64,000 nt of DNA from an uncultured Gammaproteobacteria bacterium (GCA_963797555.1 CAWCPV010000003.1:512001-576000); one strand, 5' to 3'. Numbered from the stretch's first letter, positions 30,331 to 41,164 are shown. Notes: generated from the letters alone by a model not told the origin. Program-made: numbers and translations.

Positions 30331-32242
30331 ATGGGTAGCGCGCTGCTACTCCTCGTCGTGGTGTTGGCCGCGGCCGCGGGCCTGGCGCACGGCGCCGAGC
30401 CCACGGCGGCGCCCCAAGTGCTGGCGCCCGGGTGGACGGCGCTCGGCTATGCGGCGCCGGCGCCGGGCACATACGAGCTGCCGCCGCTCGGGGAGGCGGC
30501 GGACGGTGAGGTGCTCGACGCCACCGGCCGCCCCCGCCACCTTTATGACTTTTTCGGCGACAAGGTGGTCGTGCTGAGCTTCGTCTACCAGTCGTGTTCG
30601 GACGTCAACGGATGTCCGCTTGCGAACTTCGTTCTGAAGGGCATCGAGCGGCGGGTCTTGGAGGACCCGGCTCTGCGCGACGAGGTGCGGCTGGTGTCGA
30701 TGAGCTTCGATCCGGGGCACGACACTCCGGCCGCGATGCGCCACTACGGCTCCGTGCTCGCTCCCGCGGGAGCAGACTGGGCCTTCCTCACCACCCGATC
30801 GGAGCAGGCGCTCGCCCCGATCCTGGAGGCCTACGGCCAGTCGGTGCGCAGGGAGTATGACGAGAAGGGTAAGCCGCTCGGCACGATCTCCCACATTCTG
30901 CGCGTCTACCTGATCGACAAGCAGAAACGCATCCGCAACATCTACTCCAGCTCGTTTCTGCATGCGGACACGGTGACGAGCGACATCCAGACGGTGCTGC
31001 GTGAGGGCCGCCGCGACGCGGGCCGACCCGCGGACGAGCTGGCGGGCGGGGCTGGCGAAGGAGCTCCCTCCGCCGGGGACGACAAGCGCGGCTACGAGCG
31101 CGAGGACTACGAGACGCGCTCCCACAGCCTCGCCACCCAGGCCGGTACGCCGACCGACCTCATGCGCTTCCAGATCCGTCCCCCCTCGGCTTGCCGAAGG
31201 TGGCGGTGCCGGCGGACAATCCGCTCACCGTCGAGAAGGTGGCGCTCGGGCGCAAGCTCTTCTTCGACCGCCGGCTGTCACGGAACAACACCATCTCGTG
31301 CGCCATGTGCCACATCCCCGAGCAGGGGTTCACGAGCAACGAGATCGCCACCGCGGTGGGGATCGAGGGGCAGACCGTGCGGCGCAATGCGCCGACGATC
31401 TACAACGCGGCCTACTCGAAGCTGCTGTTTCGACGACGGGCGCGAGACGCGGCTGGAGCAGCAGATCTGGGGGCCGATTGCTGGCGCGCAACGAGATGGG
31501 CGATCCGGCGGTGGGCTATGTGCTGGACAAGATCCGTGCGCTGGCGGACTACGGCGGGCGTTTCGAGGCCGCGTTCGGCGGGCGCGGGCCGACGATGGAG
31601 ACGCTGGGGATGGCGCTGGCGAGCTATGAGCGCACGCTGCTGTCGGCGGACAGCCCGTTTGACCGCTGGCACTTCGGGAAGGAGCGGGGAGCCGTGTCCG
31701 AGTCGGCCGCGCGCGGGTTTCAACTCTTCACGGGCAAGGCCGGGTGTGCGCATTGCCACACCATCGCCGAGGACTACGCGCTGTTCACGGACCAAGGGCT
31801 GCACAACACCGGCGTGGGTTACCGTCAGACGATGGCGAGCACTCCGCGCCAGCGCCGGGTGCAGCTCGCGCCGGGGACCTTCGTCACCATGGACACGGCC
31901 GTCGTCGCCGACGCCTCCGAGCCGGCGCCGAGCGACCTCGGACGCTACGAGATCTCCGGAGACCCTAACGACCGCTGGAAGTACAAGACGCCGGGGCTGC
32001 GCAACGTCGCGCTGACGGCGCCGTACATGCACGACGGCTCGCTCGCGACCTTGCCCGAGGTCGTCGACTTCTACGACGCCGGCGGTGTGCCGAACGAGCT
32101 GCTCGACCCGGCGATCCGGCCCCTCCACCTCACTGACACCGAGAAGCAGGACCTCGTCGCCTTCCTCCAATCGCTCACTGGCAGCAACGTCGGCGCCATC
32201 GTCGCCGACGCCCTCGCCGCACCCGTCGGCGATCCAGGTTGA
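30331..32242 (+). CDS. SCO1/SenC fused to MauG-like diheme cytochrome c peroxidase (two frameshifts)
   Basis: SCO: FVYQSCSDVNGCP, SMSFDPGHDTP, HILRVYLID; CcP: LGRKLFFDRRLS, CAMCH, CAHCH, KTPGLRNVALTAPYMHDGS. Confidence 0.85.
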
Positions 32243-32359
32243 CCGGGTGGCTGACCTCGCGTCGTCACGGCGGCTCGCGGCCGTGCCAAGAACGACTGCA
32301 TCTTGCGAGCCGAGAAGACAGAAGCCATCAAGGCATCGCCTCTCCCGGGTGTTTCTCGG

Positions 32360-32843
32360 AGTGGTCCTCCTGGCGACATCGCATCCGATCGTGACGAGTC
32401 GGGACCGATGCGAATCCTGGCCTTCGTCACCGATACGGCCTCGGTCACCCGCATTCTCCGGCATCTCGGGGAACCGACCCAGCCGCCGCGCGTAGCCCCC
32501 GCGCGAGGCCCGCCCGAATGGGCGGCACCCTTTGCTCAGAGCCCGGCATTCGACCCCTAAGCCGCGGAGCCGGCGCCGGCCTTCGAATTCGACCAGACCC
32601 TGAGCTGGTAAAGCGCCGCAAGCGAGCCTGTCCCCAACGGGAACGGCAGCGTTCGCGCAGCTCGCCGGGAAACCCCCTACCGCAACCCCCAGCCACCCTC
32701 CTTGGGTCGGCTCGGCCAGCCTCCGGAAGTCAAATCCGCCCCGCGGACCGGCCCCCCCTGCGCCAAACCTCCCCCGAACCTTGACCGCTGCCCGCCCCAG
32801 GGCTATGCTCCCCCTACACCAGAGGCGGTTGAATTTCCTATCC
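32360..32843 (+). mobile_element. IS91/ISCR 3' remnant with oriIS, copy 2
   Basis: MRILAFVTDTASVTRILRHLGEPTQPP; near-identical to 34740-35178; ends GGTTGAATTTCCTATCC. Confidence 0.88.
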
Positions 32844-32884
32844 TTTTCCTATCCTTATTTCCTATCCTTCAGTGGAGGTGCCAG

Positions 32885-33355
32885 ATGACCGAGCTCCCAC
32901 CGCCCCCAGAGGGAATTGTGCTGGCCCACTTCATCGTCTCGGAGGATGTCGAGCGCTCTCGGCGCTTCTACACCGAAGTACTCGGCGGCAGGGTGGTCTT
33001 CTCCGGCCCCGGAGGGCTAACCTATGTCGCACTATCCAACTGCTGGGTCATCATCAATGTCGGCGGAGGCCCGACCGACGACAAGCCGACGGTCACCCTG
33101 GAGGCGCCACGCGATCCCGACCGGGTCAGCAGCTTCCTCAATATCCGGGTCAAAGACATCGAGGCCGTGTACGCCGAATGGAGCGCCCGGGGTGCTCAGT
33201 TCCTGACGCCGCCGAAACAGCACCAGTACGAGAAGCGCTGCTACATCCGCGATCCCGACGGTCATCTGATCGAAGTGGGGCAAACCACGGACCCAGAGGG
33301 GGACTGGTCGCCCGCTCACTGGCCATCGACTACGCCCGGCCAGGAGTCCGGGTGA
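32885..33355 (+). CDS. VOC/glyoxalase family protein
   Basis: HFIVSEDVERSRRFYTEVLGG...CYIRDPDGHLIEV. Confidence 0.9.
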   Translation: MTELPPPPEGIVLAHFIVSEDVERSRRFYTEVLGGRVVFSGPGGLTYVALSNCWVIINVGGGPTDDKPTVTLEAPRDPDRVSSFLNIRVKDIEAVYAEWSARGAQFLTPPKQHQYEKRCYIRDPDGHLIEVGQTTDPEGDWSPAHWPSTTPGQESG

Positions 33356-33549
33356 ATGCCGAGGTCACCGGCGAAATCCCTCACATCGACGGTGGCCAGT
33401 CCCCCGGACACTCAAATCCCTGCCAGCCATCGGACGGCGGGGACGGTCATCCGCAGAGCACATCCCCGCCGTTCCCCCACTCTCAGCACGGCGCTGTCAG
33501 GCCGCTCGGGCCACGATGCTAGTAGCGTGACGCTGAGGAGGTTCCGGTC

Positions 33550-33910
33550 ATGACCACCGCGATCATCGGCACTGCAGGGATCGGATCGGTCATCGCCCGC
33601 CAGCTCGCCTCAGGCCGCGAAGCCCTGCGGCTCTCGAGCGCCGACCATGAGTCGGCACGAACGCTGGCTGCAGAGATCGGCCGGGCTGCCGACGCCGCTG
33701 CCGACAACCGCGACGCGTTGCAGGGCGCCGATGACGTCGTCCTCGCGCTTCGGTTTACCGCGCTGAAGGGCGTCATAACCGAGATCGCCGACTCGCTAAC
33801 CGGCAAGCTCGTGCTCGTTCCGAGCAACCCGCTCAGCACCGACGCACAAGGAAACGTCTCACGTCTCCTTCCGCAAGGCCAACCCTCCGGCGAGGTTGTA
33901 GCCGGGTGGC
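33550..33910 (+). pseudogene. F420-dependent NADP oxidoreductase-like N-terminal fragment, fused to IS91 transposase
   Basis: AIIGTAGIGSVIA Rossmann motif, ADDVVLAL, GKLVLVPSNP. Confidence 0.75.
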
Positions 33911-35178
33911 TGCTGCTGCATATTTTCCTGCGGGTGGTGGAGCAGACATTACGCCAGTCGAGTCCCGGGGCCGGTCCCCGGGCCCGTCTTGGGGCCGTCT
34001 CCTTCCTGCACCGGTTCGGCTCGGCGCTCAACCCTCACGTTCACTTTCATTGCGTGGTGATCGACGGGCTGTTCCAGCCCGACGCCGATGGGCGGGTCTG
34101 TTTTCACGAGGCGGTCGGACTCACCCAAAAGCATATCGCACAGGTCCAGGAGCAGGTGCGCCGTCGGGTGCTGCGAGTCTTTGTCCGCCGTGGTTTGCTC
34201 GAGCCCGAGGCGGCCCGCAACATGCGGGCGTGGGAAGGCAGCGGCGGCTTCTCGGTGGATGGGTCGATTCGGGTGGAGGCGCACGACCGGCTGGGACTGG
34301 AGCGGCTACTGCGCTACTGTGCGAGACCCCCTTTTGCCCTGGAGCGCCTGGCGCCCATCCCGGGGCGGGAAGAGGCATTCGTCTACCGCCTGCCCAAGGC
34401 CCTGCCCGATGGGAAAACGCAGCTCCGCCTCACGCCGCTCGAGCTCCTGGATCGGCTGGCGGTGCTCATCCCACCGCCGCGGGTCCACCGGCATCGCTTA
34501 TCACGGGGTGCTGGCGCCGAACGCCCCCTGGCGGGCGCAAGTGACCGCGATGGCGGCTGGCACTGCGGCGCAAGCGCCCTCTGAGGCGGCTCCGTGCCTG
34601 CCGCCAGGCAGCCCGGCGGCGAGCACGGAGGAGCGGGCCGCAGAGACGGTGCACCGATCGTACGCCTCCTCGCTGTGGGCGACGCTGCTGGCGAGGATCT
34701 ACGAGGTGTTTCCGCTGGCCTGTCCGCACTGTGGGGCGCCGATGCGGATCCTGGCCTTCGTCACCGATACGGCCTCGGTCACCCGCATTCTCCGGCACCT
34801 CGGGGAACCGACCCAGCCGCCGCGCGTAGCCCCCGCGCGAGGTCCGCCCGAATGGGCGGCACCCTTTGCTCAGAGCCCGGCATTCGACCCCTCAGCGGCG
34901 GAGCCGGCGCCGGCCTTCGAATTCGACCAGACCCTGAGCTGGTAAAGCCCCGCAACGGAGCCTGTCCCCAACGGGAACGGCAGCGTTCGCGCAGCTCGCC
35001 GGGAAACCCCCTACCGCAACCCCCAGCCACCCTCCTTGGGCCGGCTCGGCCAGCCTCCGGAAGTCAAATCCGCCCCGCGGACCGGCCCCCCCTCGCGCCG
35101 AACCTCCCCCGAACCTTGACCGCTGCCCGCCCCAGGACTACGCTTCCCCTACGCCAGATGCGGTTGAATTTCCTATCC
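33910..35178 (+). mobile_element. IS91/ISCR transposase catalytic and C-terminal part with oriIS, copy 3
   Basis: HRFGSALNPHVHFHCVVIDG (HUH), GFSVDGSIRV, LLRYCARPPF, YHGVLAPNA; ends GGTTGAATTTCCTATCC. Confidence 0.92.
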
Positions 35179-35179
35179 T

Positions 35180-35358
35180 TTCGTAACCTGGCCACGGAGC
35201 CAGAGAACGCTGGGGTGCCCCTCAACGTCGCCGCTCAGCTTCTCGGGCACAGCAAGGGCAACCTCAGCTTCGGGCTGTACTCGGGGGGCCTGGGGTTGGA
35301 CGTGCTGGCTGAGGCTGTGGGGAAGGTCAGCTATGGGACGGTGGACAGGCTGGTCTAG
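35180..35358 (+). pseudogene. Tyrosine recombinase C-terminal remnant
   Basis: ENAGVPLNVAAQLLGHSKGNLSFGLYSGG (LLGH...Y motif), truncated by the oriIS end. Confidence 0.7.
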
Positions 35359-35482
35359 GCCGCGGAGCACCAAACCGGGGCTGGTACCCTACCGGCTCCC
35401 TCACGTTCTATGTTGACCGCTCCGGGTCCCACCACTAGACTCCGACAAGGGGCAGAACCGCGGAAACGATGGGACGTAGGCT

Positions 35483-36202
35483 ATGGAAGAGTCGGAACCT
35501 GCGACTGAACGTCAATTGGCCTACGCCAAACGCCTTGGAATTAGCGTTCCGCCCGACGCCACCAAGCAACGTCTCACCTACCTGATTTCCGCAAAAACCG
35601 AAACTCCGGCAACACGCACCCAGAAGGAATGTGCTCAAAGGCTTGGCGCAACTTTGGAGGATGGTATCTTTCCTTCTCAGACCTACGCGGCAAACGCCAT
35701 CGCGAATTATTTATTGTTTGTGGAGAAGGACCAGAAGAAGTACAACGTAGAGCTTGTGAAATATTACCTGTACAGCGTGCTGAGATATCGCAAAGGTGAA
35801 TCTTGGGAGGACCCCGAGCGAAGCGGGATACCCCACGACCAGATGGAAAACCTGACCGAGGAGTTCATGTCCGACCTGAAAGGCTTCGGGGCGGTGAAGG
35901 CGCAGGTTCGGGAAAAGGACCGTTTTGACCTTCTGCGGTTCGGCCCATCAGCCGACGCCGAGCACTACTCAGTGCGTTCGCAAGCATTCCAGAAAGCCGC
36001 TCAGTATCTTGAGAGGAAGCTTGGGCTACCTAGCCGGCGTGGGGGCGTTAAGGATAGGGCTGCCTATAACAGGCTGCACCGACGAACAATCGACCTCACC
36101 GCACTGCCACGAGAGAAGCTAAGGGGTGGGGCGGGGGCCGCCGGGGGCTGGGTGGTCCTGATTGTCGTGCTCCTGCTTCTCGGGTTCTGTGTCCACGGGT
36201 AG
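35483..36202 (+). CDS. Hypothetical protein with duplicated N-terminal motif and C-terminal TM helix
   Basis: ATERQLAYAKRLGI / ATRTQKECAQRLGA; WVVLIVVLLLLGF; lower GC. Confidence 0.65.
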   Translation: MEESEPATERQLAYAKRLGISVPPDATKQRLTYLISAKTETPATRTQKECAQRLGATLEDGIFPSQTYAANAIANYLLFVEKDQKKYNVELVKYYLYSVLRYRKGESWEDPERSGIPHDQMENLTEEFMSDLKGFGAVKAQVREKDRFDLLRFGPSADAEHYSVRSQAFQKAAQYLERKLGLPSRRGGVKDRAAYNRLHRRTIDLTALPREKLRGGAGAAGGWVVLIVVLLLLGFCVHG

Positions 36203-36228
36203 AGGGCAGCAGCGAAGGACATCCTTGG

Positions 36229-36723
36229 CTACCCGATTAGAGCGTCTGCGGCATGCCACTCCTCCAAGAGTTGTTGGGCCATTTGGTCGATATGCTGTGC
36301 AGATATGGCATGCCGTCGGACGAAGCGCTCTGCTAGGGCGCTGATTTCCTTAATCAGGACCACAGCTTCGTCTGCGATGGCGTTGAGGCGGCTTACAAGC
36401 ACGAGCAGTGCGGGGTCATTATGAACCGCGCTACGACTGTCAGCGCGAGAGCGATGAACCAACCAGTTTCGCTCACCGAGTAGAGCTGTGAAGCGAGCTC
36501 CAATCTCTGAGCTGAGCAATCCTGCGTTAGTGAGTTGCCGGATGGTCAAACCGAAGGTCCTGGCTTGCGCTTTCTCGACCAGAGCATTTCCCTCGGGAAG
36601 TCCCATGCCTTTGCGTGCCTGTACGAGCAGGACAAAGCACCGAGCCGAGACACCCTCCAACTCTTGGACCTGCCACAGAGCAAAACCAATTCTCTGCGTA
36701 ATTACAGAAAGCCGGTCCGCCAT
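36229..36723 (-). CDS. Hypothetical protein
   Basis: Coherent lower-GC helical ORF containing ERNWLVH. Confidence 0.6.
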   Translation of the reverse strand: MADRLSVITQRIGFALWQVQELEGVSARCFVLLVQARKGMGLPEGNALVEKAQARTFGLTIRQLTNAGLLSSEIGARFTALLGERNWLVHRSRADSRSAVHNDPALLVLVSRLNAIADEAVVLIKEISALAERFVRRHAISAQHIDQMAQQLLEEWHAADALIG

Positions 36724-37049
36724 TTCCAATCTCCGGGCAACGGAAGTCATGGGCTGGGACCCGTCAGGTGGATATCCACCGCATGAACCGCTCCCCCAGT
36801 CTTGTCGTGGTGTGACTTTGCGCTATAGCAGACGTGGCGTGCAGCGGTCAAGGCTGCCTCTCGCCGACTGTTCGGGGCGGCCCGACCCCAGCGACGTTGA
36901 ACCCGCCCAGTCCAGCTACTAGACTGCGAGAAGAGGCTGATGGGAGCCAAGAGCTATGAGAACAAAGCGGAGTCACGGGGTCAGGTCTCGCGTTGGGGGT
37001 CAGGTAATGGGGTCAGACTCTATTTTCTCAAGTGGGGGTTCTGTGGGAA

Positions 37050-37175
37050 GGCTTCTCCGGCCTGAAAGGTCGCCGGGGGTCCTTATTGCTGCCTCCATCC
37101 GCGTGGACGCCGATGACCGTGTCAAATCCGCCCTGCGGACCTTTCCCTACGCCGGTGCGGTTAAATTTCCTATCC
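37050..37175 (+). mobile_element. Diverged IS91 oriIS end, copy 4
   Basis: CGGTTAAATTTCCTATCC at 37158-37175. Confidence 0.65.
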
Positions 37176-37306
37176 TTCGCCGGGCCGGACCTCAGCTATC
37201 TCCGCAAGCGGCTGCGGGAGCTGGAGTGGAGCTATTGCAACGACTGCAAGCCGGCCCCCCTGAGCTGGCGTCGGCCGGGAACCGGTACGGCCACGAGAGC
37301 GGCCCA

Positions 37307-38149
37307 TCATGTCGACGCCTGACGCATGCGCAGCCTGCGCGCCAGGTTGACACCCCCAGTCGATGCCAGGTAGGAGACCGCCGCCACGAGTATCACCGTC
37401 GGCCCCGAAGGCAGATCCGGCTGGTAGGACAGGGCCAGCCCGCCGCTGGTGAACAGCATCGACAACACCGTCGCGAGCACCATCATGGCCCCGAGCGAGC
37501 GCACGTGCTGCTCGGCGATCGCGGCCGGGAGGGTGAGGAGCGCGATCACCAGGATGAGCCCGACCACCTGGATGAGGATCACGACCGTCAGCGCCACCAT
37601 CGACAACAGCAGCAGGTAGAAAAAATCGGCGTGCACCCCGCGCAGGCGGGCGAACTCCGCGTCGAAGGCCACGGCCAGGAGTTGCTTGTAGCTGAGCACG
37701 ACTACGGCGACGATCACGGCATCCAGTCCCAGCATCAGCTCCAGGTCCCCGCGCGAGACGATGAGGATGTTGCCGAACAGGTAGCTCATCAGGTCGACGT
37801 TGTAGCCCGGGGTCTTGGAGATGAACAACACGCCCACCGCCATCCCGGTGGCCCAGAACGCCCCGATGATAGTGTCCTCGCGCTCGCGGAGCCGCAGGTT
37901 GATCCAGCCGATGGCGAGAGCCGACGCCAGCGCCGTCACCAGTGCCCCGAGGACCGGGCTCCTGCCCAGGAAGTAGGCGATGCCCATCCCGCCCAGCACC
38001 GCGTGGGCGATGCCGCCGGCCAGGTAGCCGATGCGCCGCACCACCACGTAGGTCCCGATGATCCCGCAGCTCACGCTCGCCAGCAGTCCCCCGAGCAGAG
38101 CGTTCTGCATGAAGGTTTGGGTGGTCAGAACATCGATGAAGCCTGCCAT
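37307..38149 (-). CDS. znuB: Zn/Mn ABC transporter permease
   Basis: GTYVVVRRIGYLAGGIAHAVLGG, LMSYLFGNIL, VVGLILVIALLTLPA. Confidence 0.9.
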   Translation of the reverse strand: MAGFIDVLTTQTFMQNALLGGLLASVSCGIIGTYVVVRRIGYLAGGIAHAVLGGMGIAYFLGRSPVLGALVTALASALAIGWINLRLREREDTIIGAFWATGMAVGVLFISKTPGYNVDLMSYLFGNILIVSRGDLELMLGLDAVIVAVVVLSYKQLLAVAFDAEFARLRGVHADFFYLLLLSMVALTVVILIQVVGLILVIALLTLPAAIAEQHVRSLGAMMVLATVLSMLFTSGGLALSYQPDLPSGPTVILVAAVSYLASTGGVNLARRLRMRQAST

Positions 38150-38897
38150 CTACGACCGGTCTCCCAGAGGCGCCGCCCCGTGGTGGATGAGCTGCATGGG
38201 CGCCCCGTAGAGTGCCTCGATCACCTCCCCCGCCACGGCCGACGTTGGATGACAGATGAGTGTCCGGTTCAGGCAGGCGACCTTGGAAACATACTGTGAA
38301 ATGAAGCCGACATCGTGGGAAACCACGACGATCGTCATGCGCCGGTTTAGCTGCTTGAACAGCTCGAACACGTCCACCTCCACCCTGAGATCGATGTTCG
38401 CCGTCGGCTCGTCCAGCATCAGGATCTCCGGCTCGGCCGCGAGGGCTCGCGCGATCAGCGCCCGCTGCAACTGACCGCCCGAGAGACTCGCGATGGGCCG
38501 GTCGGCCAGGTCGAGGATACGCGTCTGCGTCATCGCCTCGTATGCCACGGCCCGGTCGATGCCGCGGTAGCCGCCGAGCCAGCGCGTCTTGCCCAGCCGG
38601 CCAAGCAGCACCGTGTCCCGCACGGTAATGGGGAAATCGCGCACCAGCGTGGCGAACTGAGGAACGTAGCCGATGGCTTCCCGTGCGCGGGCGGGGGGTC
38701 CTCCCAGCACCGAGATGCGGCCCGAAGCCGGCTCCAGCAGCCCCAATATCAGCTTCAGCAGCGTCGTCTTACCGCCGCCGTTCGGCCCCACGATGCCCAG
38801 GAACTCCCCTTTCTCCACGGTGAACTCGACGTGCTCCAGCACTGCCGCATTGCTGTAGCTGAACGAGAACGTCCTGGACAGCGATGGCGGGAGTCAT
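38150..38897 (-). CDS. znuC: Zn/Mn ABC transporter ATPase (frameshift near 5' end)
   Basis: GPNGGGKT, LSGGQLQR, LDEPT, SHD. Confidence 0.9.
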
Positions 38898-39849
38898 GGT
38901 GCGCTCAGCGCCGCTGCGATACGCCCCGCCACCAGGCGCATATTGGTGAGATAGTCCTCCGCCAGGGGGTCCAGGGGGACTACCTTCGCGCCGACGGCCT
39001 GCGCGACAATCTGCGCGCTCCGGAGGCTGAACTGCTGCTGGACGAATATCGTCCCGATGTGCTGGGCCTTGGCCAGCTCGATGAGCGAGGCGAGAGATAT
39101 CGGGGCCCGGCTCCTTGCCTTCCGACTCGATGGCGATCTCCCGCAAGCCATAGGTCTGCGCGAAGTAGCCCCAGGAGGGGTGGAACACCATGAACGCTCG
39201 GCCGCGGTACGGCGCCAGCGTCTCACGGATAGTTGCGGTCCAGCGCGTCCAAGTCGCGCGCAAAGGCGGCCTCGTTGGCCGCATACTCGGCAGCATGGGC
39301 GGGATCCAGCTCGACAAGCGTCTTGCGGATCCGCTGCGCCATGGCCTTGACCAGAAGCGGACTGGTCCAGGTGTGCGGGTCCTTGTCGGAATGGCCGTGC
39401 GCATCTCCCCTTCCCTGCTGCCGGGGCGGCACAGGTGAGGCGGTATTGACGTCCCCGCTGGAACGCCCCGCCGGCTCCTCATGGGGCTGTCCGGCTCTCG
39501 GGGTCAAGGAGGGCAATCCGGCACTCAGGTCCACGACCTGCAGATTCGGGTTGGCACGCTCGATGCGCGGCAGCCACGCCTCCTCGAAGGGCAGGCCGAT
39601 GCGGAAATAGGCGGCGGCGCGGGCGAGCAGCGTCACCTGCCGGGGCGTCGGCTCGTAGGTGTGGGGGTCCCGTCCGGGGCCTACCAGCACCGTGACCTCC
39701 ACGTATTTTCCGCCCACCCGCTCCACGAAGTACTTCTCCGGCAGGATGCTGACCACCACGCCGACGGGGCCGGCCGATAACGCGGCCGTAGGACTGACCA
39801 GACAAAGCACGAGAAACAGGCGACACCACGAGCGGGCCGGCCAGCCCAT
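38894..39849 (-). CDS. znuA: Zn/Mn ABC substrate-binding protein (frameshifted)
   Basis: DPHTYEPTP, DPHTWTSP, VFHPSWGYFA. Confidence 0.9.
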
Positions 39850-40180
39850 CGCGAATCCTCCGCTTACGTCGGCGAGTGCAGGGCGCTGAGAACGGTGTCC
39901 TCGCGGCGGGCGTCGCCGCGTCCCCCCCATGCGCGGGCGCACCGCGCTCGCGATGCGCACAAGCATGCGTGAATCCGCGCGCGGAGTCCAGCTTCCGGGT
40001 GCCCTGACGCCAGAGGCCAGCGGCACTCCGCTTCGGCTGTCGGCCCCGCTTACCGAGCGGAATACGCGAGGCACCGACGGCGGCGGGGGCTACGCCTGCT
40101 CGGTGCTGTTCCTCTATGCCGCGATGGATGTGCTCCTTCAGCCGTTCGGGCGACGATTTCCCTCACAAGCTCTGAGCGTT

Positions 40181-41164
40181 TCACGGTTTGGAGGAAAGGA
40201 TCTGGACCACCGCCTTCGCCCGGCCCTCTGCGGTATAGAGCCCCCAGTGGGCCTCTTCCTCCGCCAGGCGGCCGAATTCTCCGACGCCTGCGGCGGGTTT
40301 CCACGGTCCGTCGAAGGCCTCGAACCAGGCGAAGGCGCGGCCGGTCTCAGGCGGCAGGCGCTCCAGGAGCAGCCGCCAGAACTTCGCCTGCAGCCCCTCC
40401 GTATAACCTTTGCTCGCCGGGCCACTGGGCATTCCGGTTTCTTTCACCAGGACAGGCTTGCCGTATCGGTCCCTCAGCCTCTTCACCACGTTCTGCACCA
40501 GCTCGACGCCCTGGGAGTATCGTTCTGGCCGAAACCAGGTCTCGAACACCGGGTGCACGTTCGGAAGCAAGAAGTCCTGCAGCTCGACAAAGTGCGGGTA
40601 CGTTTCATCGAGGTAGGCGGCAAAGGGCTCGGAGGTGGTCACTGCGGTGCCCGGCAGCGCCGCGCGGGTCCGGCGGAGCGCCTCCTCCAACATCGGCCAG
40701 TGATAACGCTTCCAGTACAGGCCCTCGTTGCCGACGGCAACGGCCACCACCAGGCCCCGGTACTCACGGGCCAGGCGCACCGCCGTCGCCAGCTCCTCGG
40801 CGTTCGCAGGGTCCCACACCCCCAGGATCACCGCCCGGAATCCTAGCTTTCGAGCGATCTCGGGCACCCGCTCCAGACCGTAAGTGACCGAGTAGGTGAT
40901 GACGCCGTCGAAGTGCTCGCGCAGCAACGTGAGGTCCCGCCGGACACCGGCTTCCGTGGCCGCGCGGGGCTGCCCGCCGACGACCGCGAACTCCCGCGGC
41001 GTGTAGGCCACAAAGCGGACCTCGCCCAGTAAGGCGGCGATAGGGTCTTGCGTCCCCGCGGGGAGATGCGCGCCGTCCGCATGCGGAGCACGGACCCAGA
41101 GGACGGCCAGCGATATCGCGGCCAAGAGCGCCAGGGCACGCTGGCACCGCGAGGAGCGAGTCAT
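40181..41164 (-). CDS. Secreted GH17-like glycoside hydrolase
   Basis: VAVGNEGL, VTTSEP, NVHP, VLVKETGMPS, WFEAFDGPWK...EAHWGLY. Confidence 0.8.
   Translation of the reverse strand: MTRSSRCQRALALLAAISLAVLWVRAPHADGAHLPAGTQDPIAALLGEVRFVAYTPREFAVVGGQPRAATEAGVRRDLTLLREHFDGVITYSVTYGLERVPEIARKLGFRAVILGVWDPANAEELATAVRLAREYRGLVVAVAVGNEGLYWKRYHWPMLEEALRRTRAALPGTAVTTSEPFAAYLDETYPHFVELQDFLLPNVHPVFETWFRPERYSQGVELVQNVVKRLRDRYGKPVLVKETGMPSGPASKGYTEGLQAKFWRLLLERLPPETGRAFAWFEAFDGPWKPAAGVGEFGRLAEEEAHWGLYTAEGRAKAVVQILSSKP

Noticed and set aside
752-39849. Programmed frameshifting or certain pseudogenisation of brxL, pglZ, pglX, brxB, mauG and znuA/C
   Set aside because: Scattered single-base indels, some compensating (brxC near 14300), fit long-read consensus error equally well; this cannot be decided without reads.
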